64,000 nucleotides of DNA, taken from assembly GCA_964565195.1 (NCBI GenBank), contig CAZMCQ010000004.1, positions 64,133 through 128,132 on the forward strand, written 5' to 3'. Of the stretch, positions 30,476 through 40,728 are shown in pieces (position 1 is the stretch's first letter; each line of letters opens with the position of its first letter). Under the pieces are notes generated by a model. That model searched no databases and was not told where the DNA came from. It saw only the letters and a list, made by a program, of their open reading frames with translations. The translations under genes were made by a program, and so were the position numbers. The stretch is from an uncultured Candidatus Saccharibacteria bacterium (GTDB lineage: Bacteria > Patescibacteriota > Doudnabacteria > UBA920 > 2-01-FULL-46-14).

Positions 30476-31483
30476 ATGGCGAAAATTCGCGTGGCAATCA
30501 ATGGGTTTGGCCGGATCGGGCGGTCAGCTTTCAAGGTAGCTTTAGAAAAGAAAAATCTGGAGGTCGTGGCGATCAATGATCTTACGGACGCAAAAACCCT
30601 CGCGCACCTTTTGAAATACGACACGGCCTACGGTATTTATGAGCGTGAGGTTGCGGCCAGGCTCGGCAAATTGATTGTGGATAAAAAGCCGTACCCGATT
30701 TTTGCAGAAAAAGATCCGTCAAAATTGCCTTGGCGCAAGCTCAAAGTTGACGTGGTCCTCGAGTGCACCGGCGTCTTTACCAAAGACGGCGCGGCCAGAG
30801 TGCACCTCGCGGCCGGCGCGAAACGCGTCATCGTTTCCGCGCCGACGAAAGGCACCGGCGGCATCAAGACCTTTGTGATGGGCGTGAATGAAGATCAGTT
30901 TCGCGGCGACGCCGTGATCTCCAACGCCTCGTGCACGACCAACTGCTTGGGCCCTGTCGCGCAGGTGATTTTGGACAAGTTTGGCATAAAAAAGGCGATG
31001 ATGACCACGGTCCACAGTTATACGCAGGATCAAAACCTCCAGGACGGACCGCACCGGGACCTCCGCCGCGCGCGCGCGGCGGCCGCGAATATCGTGCCGA
31101 CCACAACCGGCGCCGCGATCGCCGCCACGGAAGCCATTCCGGACTTGCGCGGCAAATTCGACGGCATTGCCCTGCGGGTTCCGACGATTACCGGTTCAGT
31201 GACGGATTTCACTTTTCTCGTGAGCCGCCGCGTTTCCGTGGATGCGATCAACGGCGCCTTCCGGGCCGCGGCGCGGCAAAAACGGTACCAAGGGATCCTC
31301 GCCGTAACCGAAGACCCGATCGTTTCCTCGGATATCATTGGCACAACCTATTCCGCGATCGTGGACGTCGGTTTCACTCGCGTCGTGGACGGGGACCTCG
31401 TGAAGGTGCTCGCTTGGTACGACAATGAATGGGGTTATGCCAACCGGCTCGTGGAACAAATTGCATTAGTCAATGCAGCTTAA
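30476..31483 (+). CDS. gap: glyceraldehyde-3-phosphate dehydrogenase
   Basis: INGFGRIGR, ASCTTNCL, WYDNEWGY. Confidence 0.98.
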   Translation: MAKIRVAINGFGRIGRSAFKVALEKKNLEVVAINDLTDAKTLAHLLKYDTAYGIYEREVAARLGKLIVDKKPYPIFAEKDPSKLPWRKLKVDVVLECTGVFTKDGAARVHLAAGAKRVIVSAPTKGTGGIKTFVMGVNEDQFRGDAVISNASCTTNCLGPVAQVILDKFGIKKAMMTTVHSYTQDQNLQDGPHRDLRRARAAAANIVPTTTGAAIAATEAIPDLRGKFDGIALRVPTITGSVTDFTFLVSRRVSVDAINGAFRAAARQKRYQGILAVTEDPIVSSDIIGTTYSAIVDVGFTRVVDGDLVKVLAWYDNEWGYANRLVEQIALVNAA

Positions 31484-32693
31484 CTCGCTAAAAGAATTTG
31501 AGGTGCGTGATAAATCGGTGCTGCTACGCACTGATTTTAATGTGCCGATGCAGGACGCAGCGATAAGCGATGTTTCCCGTCTCGAAAACGCGCTGCCCAC
31601 GATCGAATATCTCGTAAAGCGCCAAGCCCGGATAATTATTGTCTCGCATTTCGGCCGGCCCGCGGGCTGGGAGGAAAAATTTTCCTTTCGCCCGGTGGCC
31701 GAGCGGCTCGCGGAAATTTTAAACCGCAAATTTGCGACGATTGCCGAAGCGCTGCCGGACTATGATGTCCCCCACGTTTATTTTTTTGGCCAGAATATTG
31801 AACGGGTCAACATCCTGCCGCTCTTGCGCGCGATGCGCGGGGGGGATATTGCGTTTCTGGAGAATTTGCGGTTTTATCCCGGGGAGAAAAACAATGACCC
31901 GCTCTTCGCCCAAAAGCTCGCGAGCCTGGCCGGCGTTTATGTGAACGAAGCTTTTTCCGCAAGTCACAGAGCGCATGCTTCCATGGTCGGCGTGCCGGCA
32001 CTGCTGCCAAGTGCGGCAGGATTGTCTTTGGAAAAAGAGATTCTGAATCTTTCGCGTGTTCTCGACCATCCAAAAAAGCCAGTGGTCGTAATGATGGGCG
32101 GAATAAAATTAGCGGACAAGGCCGGGGCGATCGAAAATTTAGCCCGGGTTAGCGAAGCCATTCTGCTTGGCGGAGGTTTGGCTAATTTATTTCTTAAGAT
32201 GCGCGGGTTTGAGATCGGCAAATCTGTCTGGGGAGGAGAAGAGGAAATAAAATTGGCCCGCCAGCTTTGGCGCGATTACCAGAAGAAAATCAAATTGCCG
32301 CTTGACGCGATTGTTTCGACCAGGCGCGATGGCGCGCCGGAATACGTGAGGATTGACAAGGTAAAAGCGCATCACCTGATTTTGGATATCGGCCCGGAGA
32401 CGATTCGGCACTACAGCAAATTTTTGAAGCTTGGCCAAACGCTCGTTTGGGGTGGGCCGATGGGGTATTACGAGAATAAGTCATTCTCCCACGGGACTTT
32501 TGCTCTGGGCCGTTTGTTTGCGTCCCGCTCAAAGTCTCAAGCCTTCGGCGTGGCCGGAGGCGGCGAGACATTGGACGTGATTGCCAGGCTCGGGATGGGT
32601 AAATACATTGATCATGTTTCCACCGGCGGCGGGGCGATGCTGGAATTTTTGGCCGGCAAATCCCTGCCCGCTCTCGAGGCGCTCAAAAAATAA
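31473..32693 (+). CDS. pgk: phosphoglycerate kinase
   Basis: DFNVP, SHFGRP, ENLRF, HRAHAS, STGGGA. Confidence 0.96.
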   Translation: MQLNSLKEFEVRDKSVLLRTDFNVPMQDAAISDVSRLENALPTIEYLVKRQARIIIVSHFGRPAGWEEKFSFRPVAERLAEILNRKFATIAEALPDYDVPHVYFFGQNIERVNILPLLRAMRGGDIAFLENLRFYPGEKNNDPLFAQKLASLAGVYVNEAFSASHRAHASMVGVPALLPSAAGLSLEKEILNLSRVLDHPKKPVVVMMGGIKLADKAGAIENLARVSEAILLGGGLANLFLKMRGFEIGKSVWGGEEEIKLARQLWRDYQKKIKLPLDAIVSTRRDGAPEYVRIDKVKAHHLILDIGPETIRHYSKFLKLGQTLVWGGPMGYYENKSFSHGTFALGRLFASRSKSQAFGVAGGGETLDVIARLGMGKYIDHVSTGGGAMLEFLAGKSLPALEALKK

Positions 32694-32699
32694 AAAGTT

Positions 32700-34316
32700 A
32701 TGCCAAAGTTTAAACAAGTGGTACTGCTCATTCTCGACGGCTTTGGCGTGGCGTCGCCCTCCGAGGGCAATGCCGTCGTAGCCGCCAACCCAAGAAACCT
32801 GAATTATCTGATTAATCACTATCCGGCAACGACTTTGCAGGCCTCGGGTCCATCGGTCGGTCTGCCTTGGGGGGAGCGCGGCAATTCCGAGGTCGGCCAT
32901 TTGAATCTCGGCGCCGGGCGGATCGTGAGCCAGGATCTGCCGCGCATCAGCCAGGCCATTGCCTCGGGCGAGTTTTTCAAAAATCGCGCTTTTCTTTCCG
33001 TCTTGGAGCATGTCCAGAGCAATCAATCCCGGCTGCATCTCGTGGGTTTGGTCTCCTCCGGCGGAGTGCATTCGTCGGACGAACATCTGCACGCGCTCCT
33101 GGCGCTCGCCGCCGAGTACCGGCTGCCGCAGGTTTACGTGCATATGATTACGGACGGCCGCGATACGCCGCCAAAAGCCGCGCTTTCCAGCTTGGAACGG
33201 CTAACGCGGAAATTTCTCGAGCATGGGGTCGGCAAGGTCGCGACCGTTGCCGGCCGGTTTTACGCCATGGATCGTGGCGCGCACTGGGAGGTGACCGAAA
33301 GCGTGTACCGCGCCATGGTCTATGGCGAAGGGGAGCGCGCGATCTCGCCGCGGGACGCAATCGAGCACTATTACGACCAGCAGATCTACGACGAGACCAT
33401 TCCACCGACCGTGATTACTGAAGGCGGGCAGCCGGTCGCGACCGTGGGCGCGGGCGACGGCGTGATTTTTTTCAATTTTCGGCCGGATCGCGCGCTACAG
33501 CTCTTCTCCGCGCTGGCTGATCCGAACTTCGATAAATTTTCCCAAAAGTACGCGCCGCTTGAAAATCTCCTCTGCGCCACCATGACCCTTTACAATAAAA
33601 ATCTCCCGGCCATGGTTGCCTTCCCGCCGCTCGTGCTCGGGATGGGGCTTTCCGAAGTCTTGAGCCGGCAGGGGCTTCACCAATACCATATTGCGGAGAG
33701 TGAAAAGTACGCGCACGTGACCTCCTTTTTCAACGGCGGCCGGGAAGAACCGTTTCCCGGGGAGGAGCGGGAGATAATTTCCAGTCCGAGCGCTTATCAA
33801 AAAAGTTATGAAGATGTACCGGAGATGAGTGTGGATCAGCTCGGAACGAAGATTGTGCAGAGATTGCGTGAGGGAACAGCGTTCATTCTCGCCAACTTTG
33901 CCAATTCCGATATGGTCGGCCATACCGGCAACCGGCGCGCCGCCGAGGCGGCTGTACTCGCCGTGGACAAAAATATTGGCACCATTTTTGAAGCCGCGCA
34001 GGCGGTGGGCGCAGCATTTGTCATTACCGCGGATCATGGCAATATCGAAGAACTCCTGAACGCGAGGAGTGGACAGATCAACAAAGAACACTCACTTAAC
34101 CCCGTGCCGTTGATCATCGCGGGGAAAGGTTTGGAGCGGCAGAAAATTAAAAGCCGCGGCTATCTGGAACTGCCGGCATTAGTCCCGGAAGGCGTTCTTT
34201 CGGATGTGGCGCCGACAGCGCTGGAATTAATGGGGATCGTGCCCCCGCCGGAGATGACGGCGATTTCGCTGCTGCCCGCGCTTGTTTATGAAAAAAGCCT
34301 GGAAACCAAAATTTGA
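32700..34316 (+). CDS. gpmI: 2,3-BPG-independent phosphoglycerate mutase
   Basis: ILDGFG, GNSEVGH, DGRDT, GRFYAMDR, DMVGH, TADHGN. Confidence 0.96.
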   Translation: MPKFKQVVLLILDGFGVASPSEGNAVVAANPRNLNYLINHYPATTLQASGPSVGLPWGERGNSEVGHLNLGAGRIVSQDLPRISQAIASGEFFKNRAFLSVLEHVQSNQSRLHLVGLVSSGGVHSSDEHLHALLALAAEYRLPQVYVHMITDGRDTPPKAALSSLERLTRKFLEHGVGKVATVAGRFYAMDRGAHWEVTESVYRAMVYGEGERAISPRDAIEHYYDQQIYDETIPPTVITEGGQPVATVGAGDGVIFFNFRPDRALQLFSALADPNFDKFSQKYAPLENLLCATMTLYNKNLPAMVAFPPLVLGMGLSEVLSRQGLHQYHIAESEKYAHVTSFFNGGREEPFPGEEREIISSPSAYQKSYEDVPEMSVDQLGTKIVQRLREGTAFILANFANSDMVGHTGNRRAAEAAVLAVDKNIGTIFEAAQAVGAAFVITADHGNIEELLNARSGQINKEHSLNPVPLIIAGKGLERQKIKSRGYLELPALVPEGVLSDVAPTALELMGIVPPPEMTAISLLPALVYEKSLETKI

Positions 34317-35949
34317 AGCGGCGGCGGCTGACGTGCCGCTCGTGGCGCGGCTTTTGGCCGCGCGCGGCATAACTGGCGAAGAAGATGCCGCCAGGTTTTT
34401 TGAGCCGCAGTATGAACACGCGCATGACCCACTGCTGCTTGCCGATATGCCAAAGGCGGTAGAGCGTATTCAAGACGCGATCGCGCAGGGAGAGCAGATC
34501 ACGGTTTATGCGGATTATGATGCTGATGCGATTACCGCGGCCGCTGTGCTGCTGCGGTATTTTCAGCAGGTTAATTATAAAAACGTTGATTATTATATTC
34601 CCGATCGGTTTGCCGAAGGTTACGGCATTAACCCGGAGGCGATTCGGGTTTTAATCGCGCGCGGCACCAAGCTCATCATCACCGTGGATTGCGGGATCAA
34701 CGCTTCCGAGGCCGTGGATCTGGCAAACTCGCTCGGGACGGAGGTGATTATCACTGATCACCATCAATTGACGGATGGGATACCTCGCGCTGCGGCAGTT
34801 GTGAATCCCCGCCGACCGGACGATAAGTATCCGTTTAAAGATTTAACCGGCGTCGGTGTGGCGTTTAAACTGGTGCAAGGTTTGGGTGCGGGGGGGTGGG
34901 CAAAGTGGCTGCTCGATCTTGTGGCCATCGGCACAGTCGCGGATTGCCAGTCGCTTTTGGGCGAGAACCGGATTTTCGTAAAGTGGGGGATGCTGGTTTT
35001 AAAAAAAACCCGTTGGATTGGGCTGCAAACCTTGCTGGAAGGGGTCGGCCTTGGCGGGCAGGAACTGGATACTTACAAAATCGGTTTTCTGATCGCGCCG
35101 CGCCTCAATGCCGCGGGCCGCATTGCGCATGGCAATATCGCTTTGGAATTGCTCCTCACGGATGATGGCGACCGGGCGCGGACTCTGGCCGATAAACTGG
35201 AGGAGCTGAATCGGCACCGGCAGGAGCTTACGGAGCAGATTTTAAGCGAAGCGCGCGAGCAGCTTGCGCTCGCGAAGGATAAAAAAGTCCTGCTGGCCCA
35301 AGGGGAGAACTGGCCGCGCGGCATCGTTGGGCTGGTGGCCGGCAAACTGACCGACGAATTTTACCGGCCGGTGCTGGTATTGTCCCGAAGCGAGTCCGAG
35401 GCAGTGGGGTCAGCGCGGAGTGTGTTTGGGTTCAATATCGTGGAGGCCATCGGCCAAAGCCGGGAAATTCTTTTGCGCTACGGCGGGCATGCCCAGGCCG
35501 CGGGCTTTACTTTAACCACCGAGCATATCGAAGTCTTTCACAGGAATTTATTAAGCTACGCGGACGCGGCTTTGCCAGAGGAGTTGTTATCGCCGGTATT
35601 GTACTATGATGCGGAGATAGAACTCTCCGAGGTCAGCGAAGAATTATTGAATAATCTGCAAAAGTTTGAGCCCCACGGCGTCGGCAACCCGCGTCCGAAA
35701 TTTCGAATTAATAATTTGCAAGCAAGAAATGTTAAAAAAATTGGCAATAGTGAAAAGCATTTGAGAATGTATGTTTCGGACGAATCAGAAAATCAGAGAA
35801 TCGGATGTATCGGATTTAATCTCGGCTTCTGGGCGGAAAAATTACAGGAAGGCGCTGTGATCGATATGATTTGCGAGCCGCAATTCAACGAATGGAACGG
35901 GGAAAGAAACATTCAGTTAAAAATTGTCGATTTATGCCAGAGAAACTGA
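34288..35949 (+). CDS. recJ: ssDNA exonuclease RecJ
   Basis: DYDAD, TVDCGI, TDHH, PRLNAAGR, YGGHAQAAG. Confidence 0.95.
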   Translation: MKKAWKPKFEAAAADVPLVARLLAARGITGEEDAARFFEPQYEHAHDPLLLADMPKAVERIQDAIAQGEQITVYADYDADAITAAAVLLRYFQQVNYKNVDYYIPDRFAEGYGINPEAIRVLIARGTKLIITVDCGINASEAVDLANSLGTEVIITDHHQLTDGIPRAAAVVNPRRPDDKYPFKDLTGVGVAFKLVQGLGAGGWAKWLLDLVAIGTVADCQSLLGENRIFVKWGMLVLKKTRWIGLQTLLEGVGLGGQELDTYKIGFLIAPRLNAAGRIAHGNIALELLLTDDGDRARTLADKLEELNRHRQELTEQILSEAREQLALAKDKKVLLAQGENWPRGIVGLVAGKLTDEFYRPVLVLSRSESEAVGSARSVFGFNIVEAIGQSREILLRYGGHAQAAGFTLTTEHIEVFHRNLLSYADAALPEELLSPVLYYDAEIELSEVSEELLNNLQKFEPHGVGNPRPKFRINNLQARNVKKIGNSEKHLRMYVSDESENQRIGCIGFNLGFWAEKLQEGAVIDMICEPQFNEWNGERNIQLKIVDLCQRN

Positions 35950-36359
35950 TCATCTATACTGACGGTGGGGCGCGCGGCAATCCGGGCCCGGCCGCGGCCG
36001 GTGGCGCCATTTACGCTCGCTCCGGGAAGCTTATCGAGAAATTCAGCAAATATTTAGGCGAGCGCACCAACAATGAGGCCGAGTATGAGGCGATAATCCT
36101 CGCGCTCGAAAAAGCCGCGCGGCAGCGCGCAGCGCAGGTGCGGTTTTATATGGACAGCGAGCTCGTCGCGCGGCAGCTTTCCGGGATCTACCGCGTGCGC
36201 GAGCGGCGCCTTGCCGAACTGCTGCTCAAAGTCAGAAATCTGGAAACCAATTTCCAAAAAGTTTCGTTTACGCACGTGCCGCGCGAAAAAAATAGGGTCG
36301 CCGACCGGCTGGTCAACGAATGTTTAGACGAAAGAGTGTCCCGTCTTCGAGGTAAATAA
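35934..36359 (+). CDS. rnhA: ribonuclease HI family protein
   Basis: YTDGGARGNPG, TNNEAEY, DSELV, NRVADRL. Confidence 0.92.
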   Translation: MPEKLIIYTDGGARGNPGPAAAGGAIYARSGKLIEKFSKYLGERTNNEAEYEAIILALEKAARQRAAQVRFYMDSELVARQLSGIYRVRERRLAELLLKVRNLETNFQKVSFTHVPREKNRVADRLVNECLDERVSRLRGK

Positions 36360-37131
36360 GCTCGCGTCCGTTAGGCGAGATGGCAAATTTCGTCTGCAAA
36401 TTTTTGGTCGACAGCAGGTCATAAACATTGGGGACCCCTTCTTTGTCCAGTTCAATGGCTTTGATGGTTCTGCGCACCTGGAAAAACACGTAGTGAGTTT
36501 CTTTGTTCAGAATGGGATTTTCGATCGGCTCCGCGCTGCGCGTGACGAGGAATTTCTCCTCCTTGCCATTGTAACTTCGCCAAAACCAAATTTCATTTTT
36601 TCCCTCAAAGACAATTTTTTCGCTATCCGGGGAAGGGGATTGGGTTGGGGTTTGCCGAGCCGTGCTGGTGGCGAACAGGGTTTTTCCCAATCCGCCGAAT
36701 CGGAATAGGTAGAAATCATCGCCAATGGCCGCGTAGATGTTCTCGCCCTTGACTAGAAAATCTATGGTACTCGTGGCTAAAATAGACGGCGTCGCCTGTC
36801 GGAATAAGACTGGGTTGAGAGAGGCGACGCCCTGGGGATGAAGAGTGATGTGTTTTCGCCAGGGCAGATAGCCGGATTTTTTTATTTCCACTGAGTATTC
36901 GTCCGGCAACAGGAACCGCTTGGTAATGGGTGCGGTTCCGATCGGCGCGCCGTTCAGATAAACGCTGGCGCCGCGCGGATCTGATTTGATAATCAGTGCG
37001 CCGGTTTTAATAAAACGGCGGTTGGCAAAATCATAGCTGTAACCGCGCGCTAACAAAACTATTACCGGGCCCACGAGCAGGAAGATAATGAATCCGGTGA
37101 TGAGTAACATGATGCGGCTTCGCAAGGTCAT
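36313..37131 (-). CDS. PEGA-domain membrane protein
   Basis: TM, ARGY, TGALIIKSDPRGASVYLNG, YSVEIKKSGY. Confidence 0.8.
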   Translation of the reverse strand: MTLRSRIMLLITGFIIFLLVGPVIVLLARGYSYDFANRRFIKTGALIIKSDPRGASVYLNGAPIGTAPITKRFLLPDEYSVEIKKSGYLPWRKHITLHPQGVASLNPVLFRQATPSILATSTIDFLVKGENIYAAIGDDFYLFRFGGLGKTLFATSTARQTPTQSPSPDSEKIVFEGKNEIWFWRSYNGKEEKFLVTRSAEPIENPILNKETHYVFFQVRRTIKAIELDKEGVPNVYDLLSTKNLQTKFAISPNGRELIYLEDGTLFRLNIR

Positions 37132-37175
37132 AGGTAAGGATAATTTTACCAAAAACTGCTATAATGGGCCAGCAT

Positions 37176-38429
37176 ATGAGCAGATTTGTCGTTTCCGGAG
37201 GGGTAAAATTAGCCGGCGAGATCGCGGTGCAGGGCTCGAAAAACGCGGCCTTTCCGGTGCTGGCCGCATGCCTGCTCGCTTTTGCCGATTGCCGGATTGA
37301 GAATGTTCCGCAGATCAGCGACGTCAATAATTTTTTGGCGATTCTGGAATTCTTGGGCGCGCGGATTGAGCGCGGCGATCATACCCTGACAATAAATTGC
37401 GCTCGTCTTGTGAACAGACCGATTCCGGAGGAGATGATGGGCAAACTGCGCGGGTCAATTCTCTTTGCCGGCGCGCTTTTGGGCCGGTTTGGCAAAGTGG
37501 TCTTCTCGCGCCCCGGGGGGGATTCGATCGGCACGCGACCGATCAATTTTCACCTGGAAGCATTTCAAAAGTTGGGCGCGCGGATTAGCCAGGATCAGGG
37601 GACGGTGCGTGTGGAAGCGGCCAAGCTCGCGGGCGGGAGTATCACCATGGGAGTAACGAGTGTCACCGGGACGGAGAATATTATTCTGGCAGCGGTACTG
37701 GCGGAGGGTACGACCTGGATCAAGATTGCCGCGATGGAGCCGCACGTGCAGGAGCTTTGTCGGTTTTTAAATAAAATGGGCGCGAAAATTTCCGGCATCG
37801 GCACACCGAGTCTCACGATTGAGGGCGTTCCCGCGCTCCGGGGCGCTGCGCACCGGCTTTGCAGCGACGAAATCGAGACCATTACTTTTTGCGTGGCCGC
37901 CGCCGCGACGCGCGGCGAGGTAATTATCAAAGATGTTGATCTAGACCATCTTGATGCGCCATTGGCCGCGCTCGAACGAATGGGAGTCAATCTGGAAGCC
38001 CAAGGGCAAACCATAAGGATTAGAAGTCCGCTTCGGCCTTATCAGGCGACGCGCATTATTACCGGCGTTTATCCGCAGCTTTTGACGGATTACCAGCCGC
38101 TGCTGGGCGTGCTCGCGACGCAGGCTGAAGGCATCTCGCTCGTGCATGACTGGATCTATGAAGGCCGACAGGGGTATCTGGCGGCCCTGCAGACCATGGG
38201 CGCCTCTGTCCAGTTTGATGACGTGCACCGCGCGCGCATCAAGGGGCCCACGCAGCTGCAGGGCGCGGAAATTAAAACGCCGGATATCCGCGCCGGCGCC
38301 TCCATCCTCATTGCCGCGCTCCTTGCCCGGGGCGAGACGCTGATTTATAATGCAGAGATAATTGACCGGGGCTATGAGCGCATTGACGAAAGACTTAATA
38401 ATTTAGGCGCAATGATCCAAAGAGTCTAA
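37176..38429 (+). CDS. murA: UDP-N-acetylglucosamine 1-carboxyvinyltransferase (Asp at Cys115 site)
   Basis: GSKNAA, PGGDSIGTRP, SVTGTEN, DIRAGA, RGYE. Confidence 0.95.
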   Translation: MSRFVVSGGVKLAGEIAVQGSKNAAFPVLAACLLAFADCRIENVPQISDVNNFLAILEFLGARIERGDHTLTINCARLVNRPIPEEMMGKLRGSILFAGALLGRFGKVVFSRPGGDSIGTRPINFHLEAFQKLGARISQDQGTVRVEAAKLAGGSITMGVTSVTGTENIILAAVLAEGTTWIKIAAMEPHVQELCRFLNKMGAKISGIGTPSLTIEGVPALRGAAHRLCSDEIETITFCVAAAATRGEVIIKDVDLDHLDAPLAALERMGVNLEAQGQTIRIRSPLRPYQATRIITGVYPQLLTDYQPLLGVLATQAEGISLVHDWIYEGRQGYLAALQTMGASVQFDDVHRARIKGPTQLQGAEIKTPDIRAGASILIAALLARGETLIYNAEIIDRGYERIDERLNNLGAMIQRV

Positions 38430-39445
38430 TGGCTTTGTTCATCAAGAAATTAGGAATAGATCTCGGTACGGCGAACACGTTGGTTTTTGTGCCCGAGAAG
38501 GGAATCGTCATCAATGAGCCGACCGTTGTCGCGATCAGCCTCCTCGACAACAAGGTTTTGGCAGTGGGCGCGGAAGCCAAAGAAATGCTTGGCCGCACAC
38601 CCGAGACGATCGTGGCACATCGGCCCATGAAGGACGGCGTGATCGCGGATTACCGAGTAACCGAGGCGATGCTCCGCTATTTTATTACCAAGGCGATTGG
38701 AAGAGTTTGGCTCTTGCGGCCCGAGGTGATGATCTCTGTCCCCGGCGGCATTACCTCCACAGAAAAGCGCGCCGTGGTGGATGCAGCGCAGAGCGCGGGC
38801 GCGAAAGCCGCTTTTGTCATCAAAGAAACTGTCGCGGCCGCGATCGGTGCCGGCATAGATATCTCGACGCCTTCGGGCAATATGATTATTGATGTCGGCG
38901 GGGGCACGACTGACGTGGCCGTGCTTTCCCTGGGTGGAATTGTTAATTCCACGTCCGTACGCGTGGCCGGAAACAAGATGGATGCCGCGATTGCGGAATA
39001 TATCCGCAAAAAGCATGGCCTCGCCATCGGCGACCGCACGGCCGAGGAGATCAAGATAGAAATCGGTTCGGCCCTGCCGCTGGAGGAAGAAATGGAGATG
39101 GAAATCCGCGGCCGCGACTTGGTGCAGGGCCTGCCGCGCACGATCCGCGTGCGGACCAATGAGGTCGTGGAAGCCATCCAGGAGCCGCTGCGCGAGATTA
39201 TCCAGGCCGTGCGGCACGTGTTGCAGGAAACTCCGCCGGAACTATCATCGGACATCATTGATAAAGGCATGGTTCTGACCGGCGGCGGGGCGAATCTGCG
39301 CAATATTGACCGCCTGATCGCGCAGGCGACCGGCGTGCCGTGCTATGTGGCCGACCAGCCCGAGCTCTGCGTGGCCAAAGGCACGGGCGTGGCTTTGGAA
39401 AATTTGGAGAGTTATAAACGCAGCGTTTTGGCCACAAACCGATAG
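38429..39445 (+). CDS. mreB: rod shape-determining protein MreB paralog 1
   Basis: IDLGTANT, DGVIAD, DVGGGTT, LTGGG. Confidence 0.95.
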   Translation: MALFIKKLGIDLGTANTLVFVPEKGIVINEPTVVAISLLDNKVLAVGAEAKEMLGRTPETIVAHRPMKDGVIADYRVTEAMLRYFITKAIGRVWLLRPEVMISVPGGITSTEKRAVVDAAQSAGAKAAFVIKETVAAAIGAGIDISTPSGNMIIDVGGGTTDVAVLSLGGIVNSTSVRVAGNKMDAAIAEYIRKKHGLAIGDRTAEEIKIEIGSALPLEEEMEMEIRGRDLVQGLPRTIRVRTNEVVEAIQEPLREIIQAVRHVLQETPPELSSDIIDKGMVLTGGGANLRNIDRLIAQATGVPCYVADQPELCVAKGTGVALENLESYKRSVLATNR

Positions 39446-39483
39446 TTTTGACACAATAAACCTCGCAGGCGTATAGTCAAATT

Positions 39484-39651
39484 ATGCTTGTTTATAAATG
39501 TGACTTGTGCAAGAAAATTTTAAAAGACCGAGAAAAAAGCGTAACCGCCGGTTTTGGCTGGGACTCGAAAGTGCTCTGTACTGATTGCGGTAAACCGGTA
39601 GTCAAATTTTTGCTTCAGCAGAAACTTATAGAAAAAGACTCGACATTATGA
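39484..39651 (+). CDS. small zinc-finger protein (55 aa, not in track)
   Basis: CDLC...CTDC; TTGACA-N18-TATAGT 6 nt upstream; ATGA-coupled to next ORF. Confidence 0.7.
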   Translation: MLVYKCDLCKKILKDREKSVTAGFGWDSKVLCTDCGKPVVKFLLQQKLIEKDSTL

Positions 39652-39938
39652 CAAACGATAAAGATCAACCAATAACTTCAAAATACCTTCTGGAATTTAC
39701 GCAGAAGTACATTTTGCCTGAAGTGAGAACGATAGTTAAAGAGGAGAGTAATTCGGCCAAGAATGAAATTCTTACAAGTAACGACAAACTGTCGGTTAAA
39801 CTGGATAAAATTCTCAAGGAACAGGCCGCGCATTCACAGAGTTATCAGCGATTGGAAAAACGGATCAATGTTCTTGAAGAAGTAGTCAAAATTCTTGCGG
39901 AAAAAGCAGGAATTAGTATCGATCTAAGCAAAATTTAG
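39648..39938 (+). CDS. hypothetical coiled-coil protein
   Basis: 96 aa, heptad-rich C-terminus. Confidence 0.65.
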   Translation: MTNDKDQPITSKYLLEFTQKYILPEVRTIVKEESNSAKNEILTSNDKLSVKLDKILKEQAAHSQSYQRLEKRINVLEEVVKILAEKAGISIDLSKI

Positions 39939-40558
39939 TGCCAGAATCGTCCGAGAAACCAAAATACCTTCCGCCGCAAATCTGGATACCAGTTTTAACG
40001 TCCGCGATCTCCCTCGCGGTTGTTTTCGTTTTGTGGGGCCTAAACCGCGATGCGCTGTATCAGACGCAGAATCAAATTCCCTCTCCAGGTGGTGGAGAGG
40101 GTGAGGGAGAGGTCGCTAACTGGCAAACTTATCGGAATGAGGAGTATGGATTCGAGGTGAAGTATCCGCGTGAATGGTTTTCTTTACTAGATAAGAATAA
40201 TTTACAACTCTGGTCGCCTCAAAATTGGGACGCTCAGAACACTATTAATTCTTATGCCACGTTGCCAAATATAGCGTTTGCGATTCAAGATAATCCTGAA
40301 AAGTTAACTTTCCTTGAGTGGTTTCAGCAAAACTATGGGGAGAAAGATTTTGTTGGAGAAAATCCTAAAAAGGTGACCTTAAGCAATGGAAGTTCGGCTT
40401 ATTTTGTTAGACTGCCGGGTTTAGGAGATGGTGATAGCACTCTTTTTGTTTCCTCCGAGAAGCAGCGAGATTTTATCAAAATTTTTATTCAGAAGCCTTA
40501 TTCTGAACTCGAGAGTTTCGATAACCAAATCCTCTCCACTTTCAAATTCACGAAATAA
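39938..40558 (+). CDS. membrane-anchored PsbP-like protein with in-frame palindrome
   Basis: TM, NWQTYRNEEYGFEVKYP, QILSTFKF. Confidence 0.75.
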   Translation: MPESSEKPKYLPPQIWIPVLTSAISLAVVFVLWGLNRDALYQTQNQIPSPGGGEGEGEVANWQTYRNEEYGFEVKYPREWFSLLDKNNLQLWSPQNWDAQNTINSYATLPNIAFAIQDNPEKLTFLEWFQQNYGEKDFVGENPKKVTLSNGSSAYFVRLPGLGDGDSTLFVSSEKQRDFIKIFIQKPYSELESFDNQILSTFKFTK

Positions 40559-40728
40559 TGTATTGACGTGGAAACCACGGCCGTAGTCTCCGCGTCGATG
40601 AAGAGATTGCAATGTCGGTGGAAAAAAGAGCTAGAATCTATTGTACCAAAATTCTAGCAATTGCGTGATTTTAGGTAGAAAATTTTTTATTTCTTTTCAT
40701 TACATAACTTTACAAGATTGAAAGTCAG

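Noticed and set aside
40559-40670. IDVETT resembling a DEDD exonuclease fragment
   Set aside because: Only six residues, no other Exo motifs
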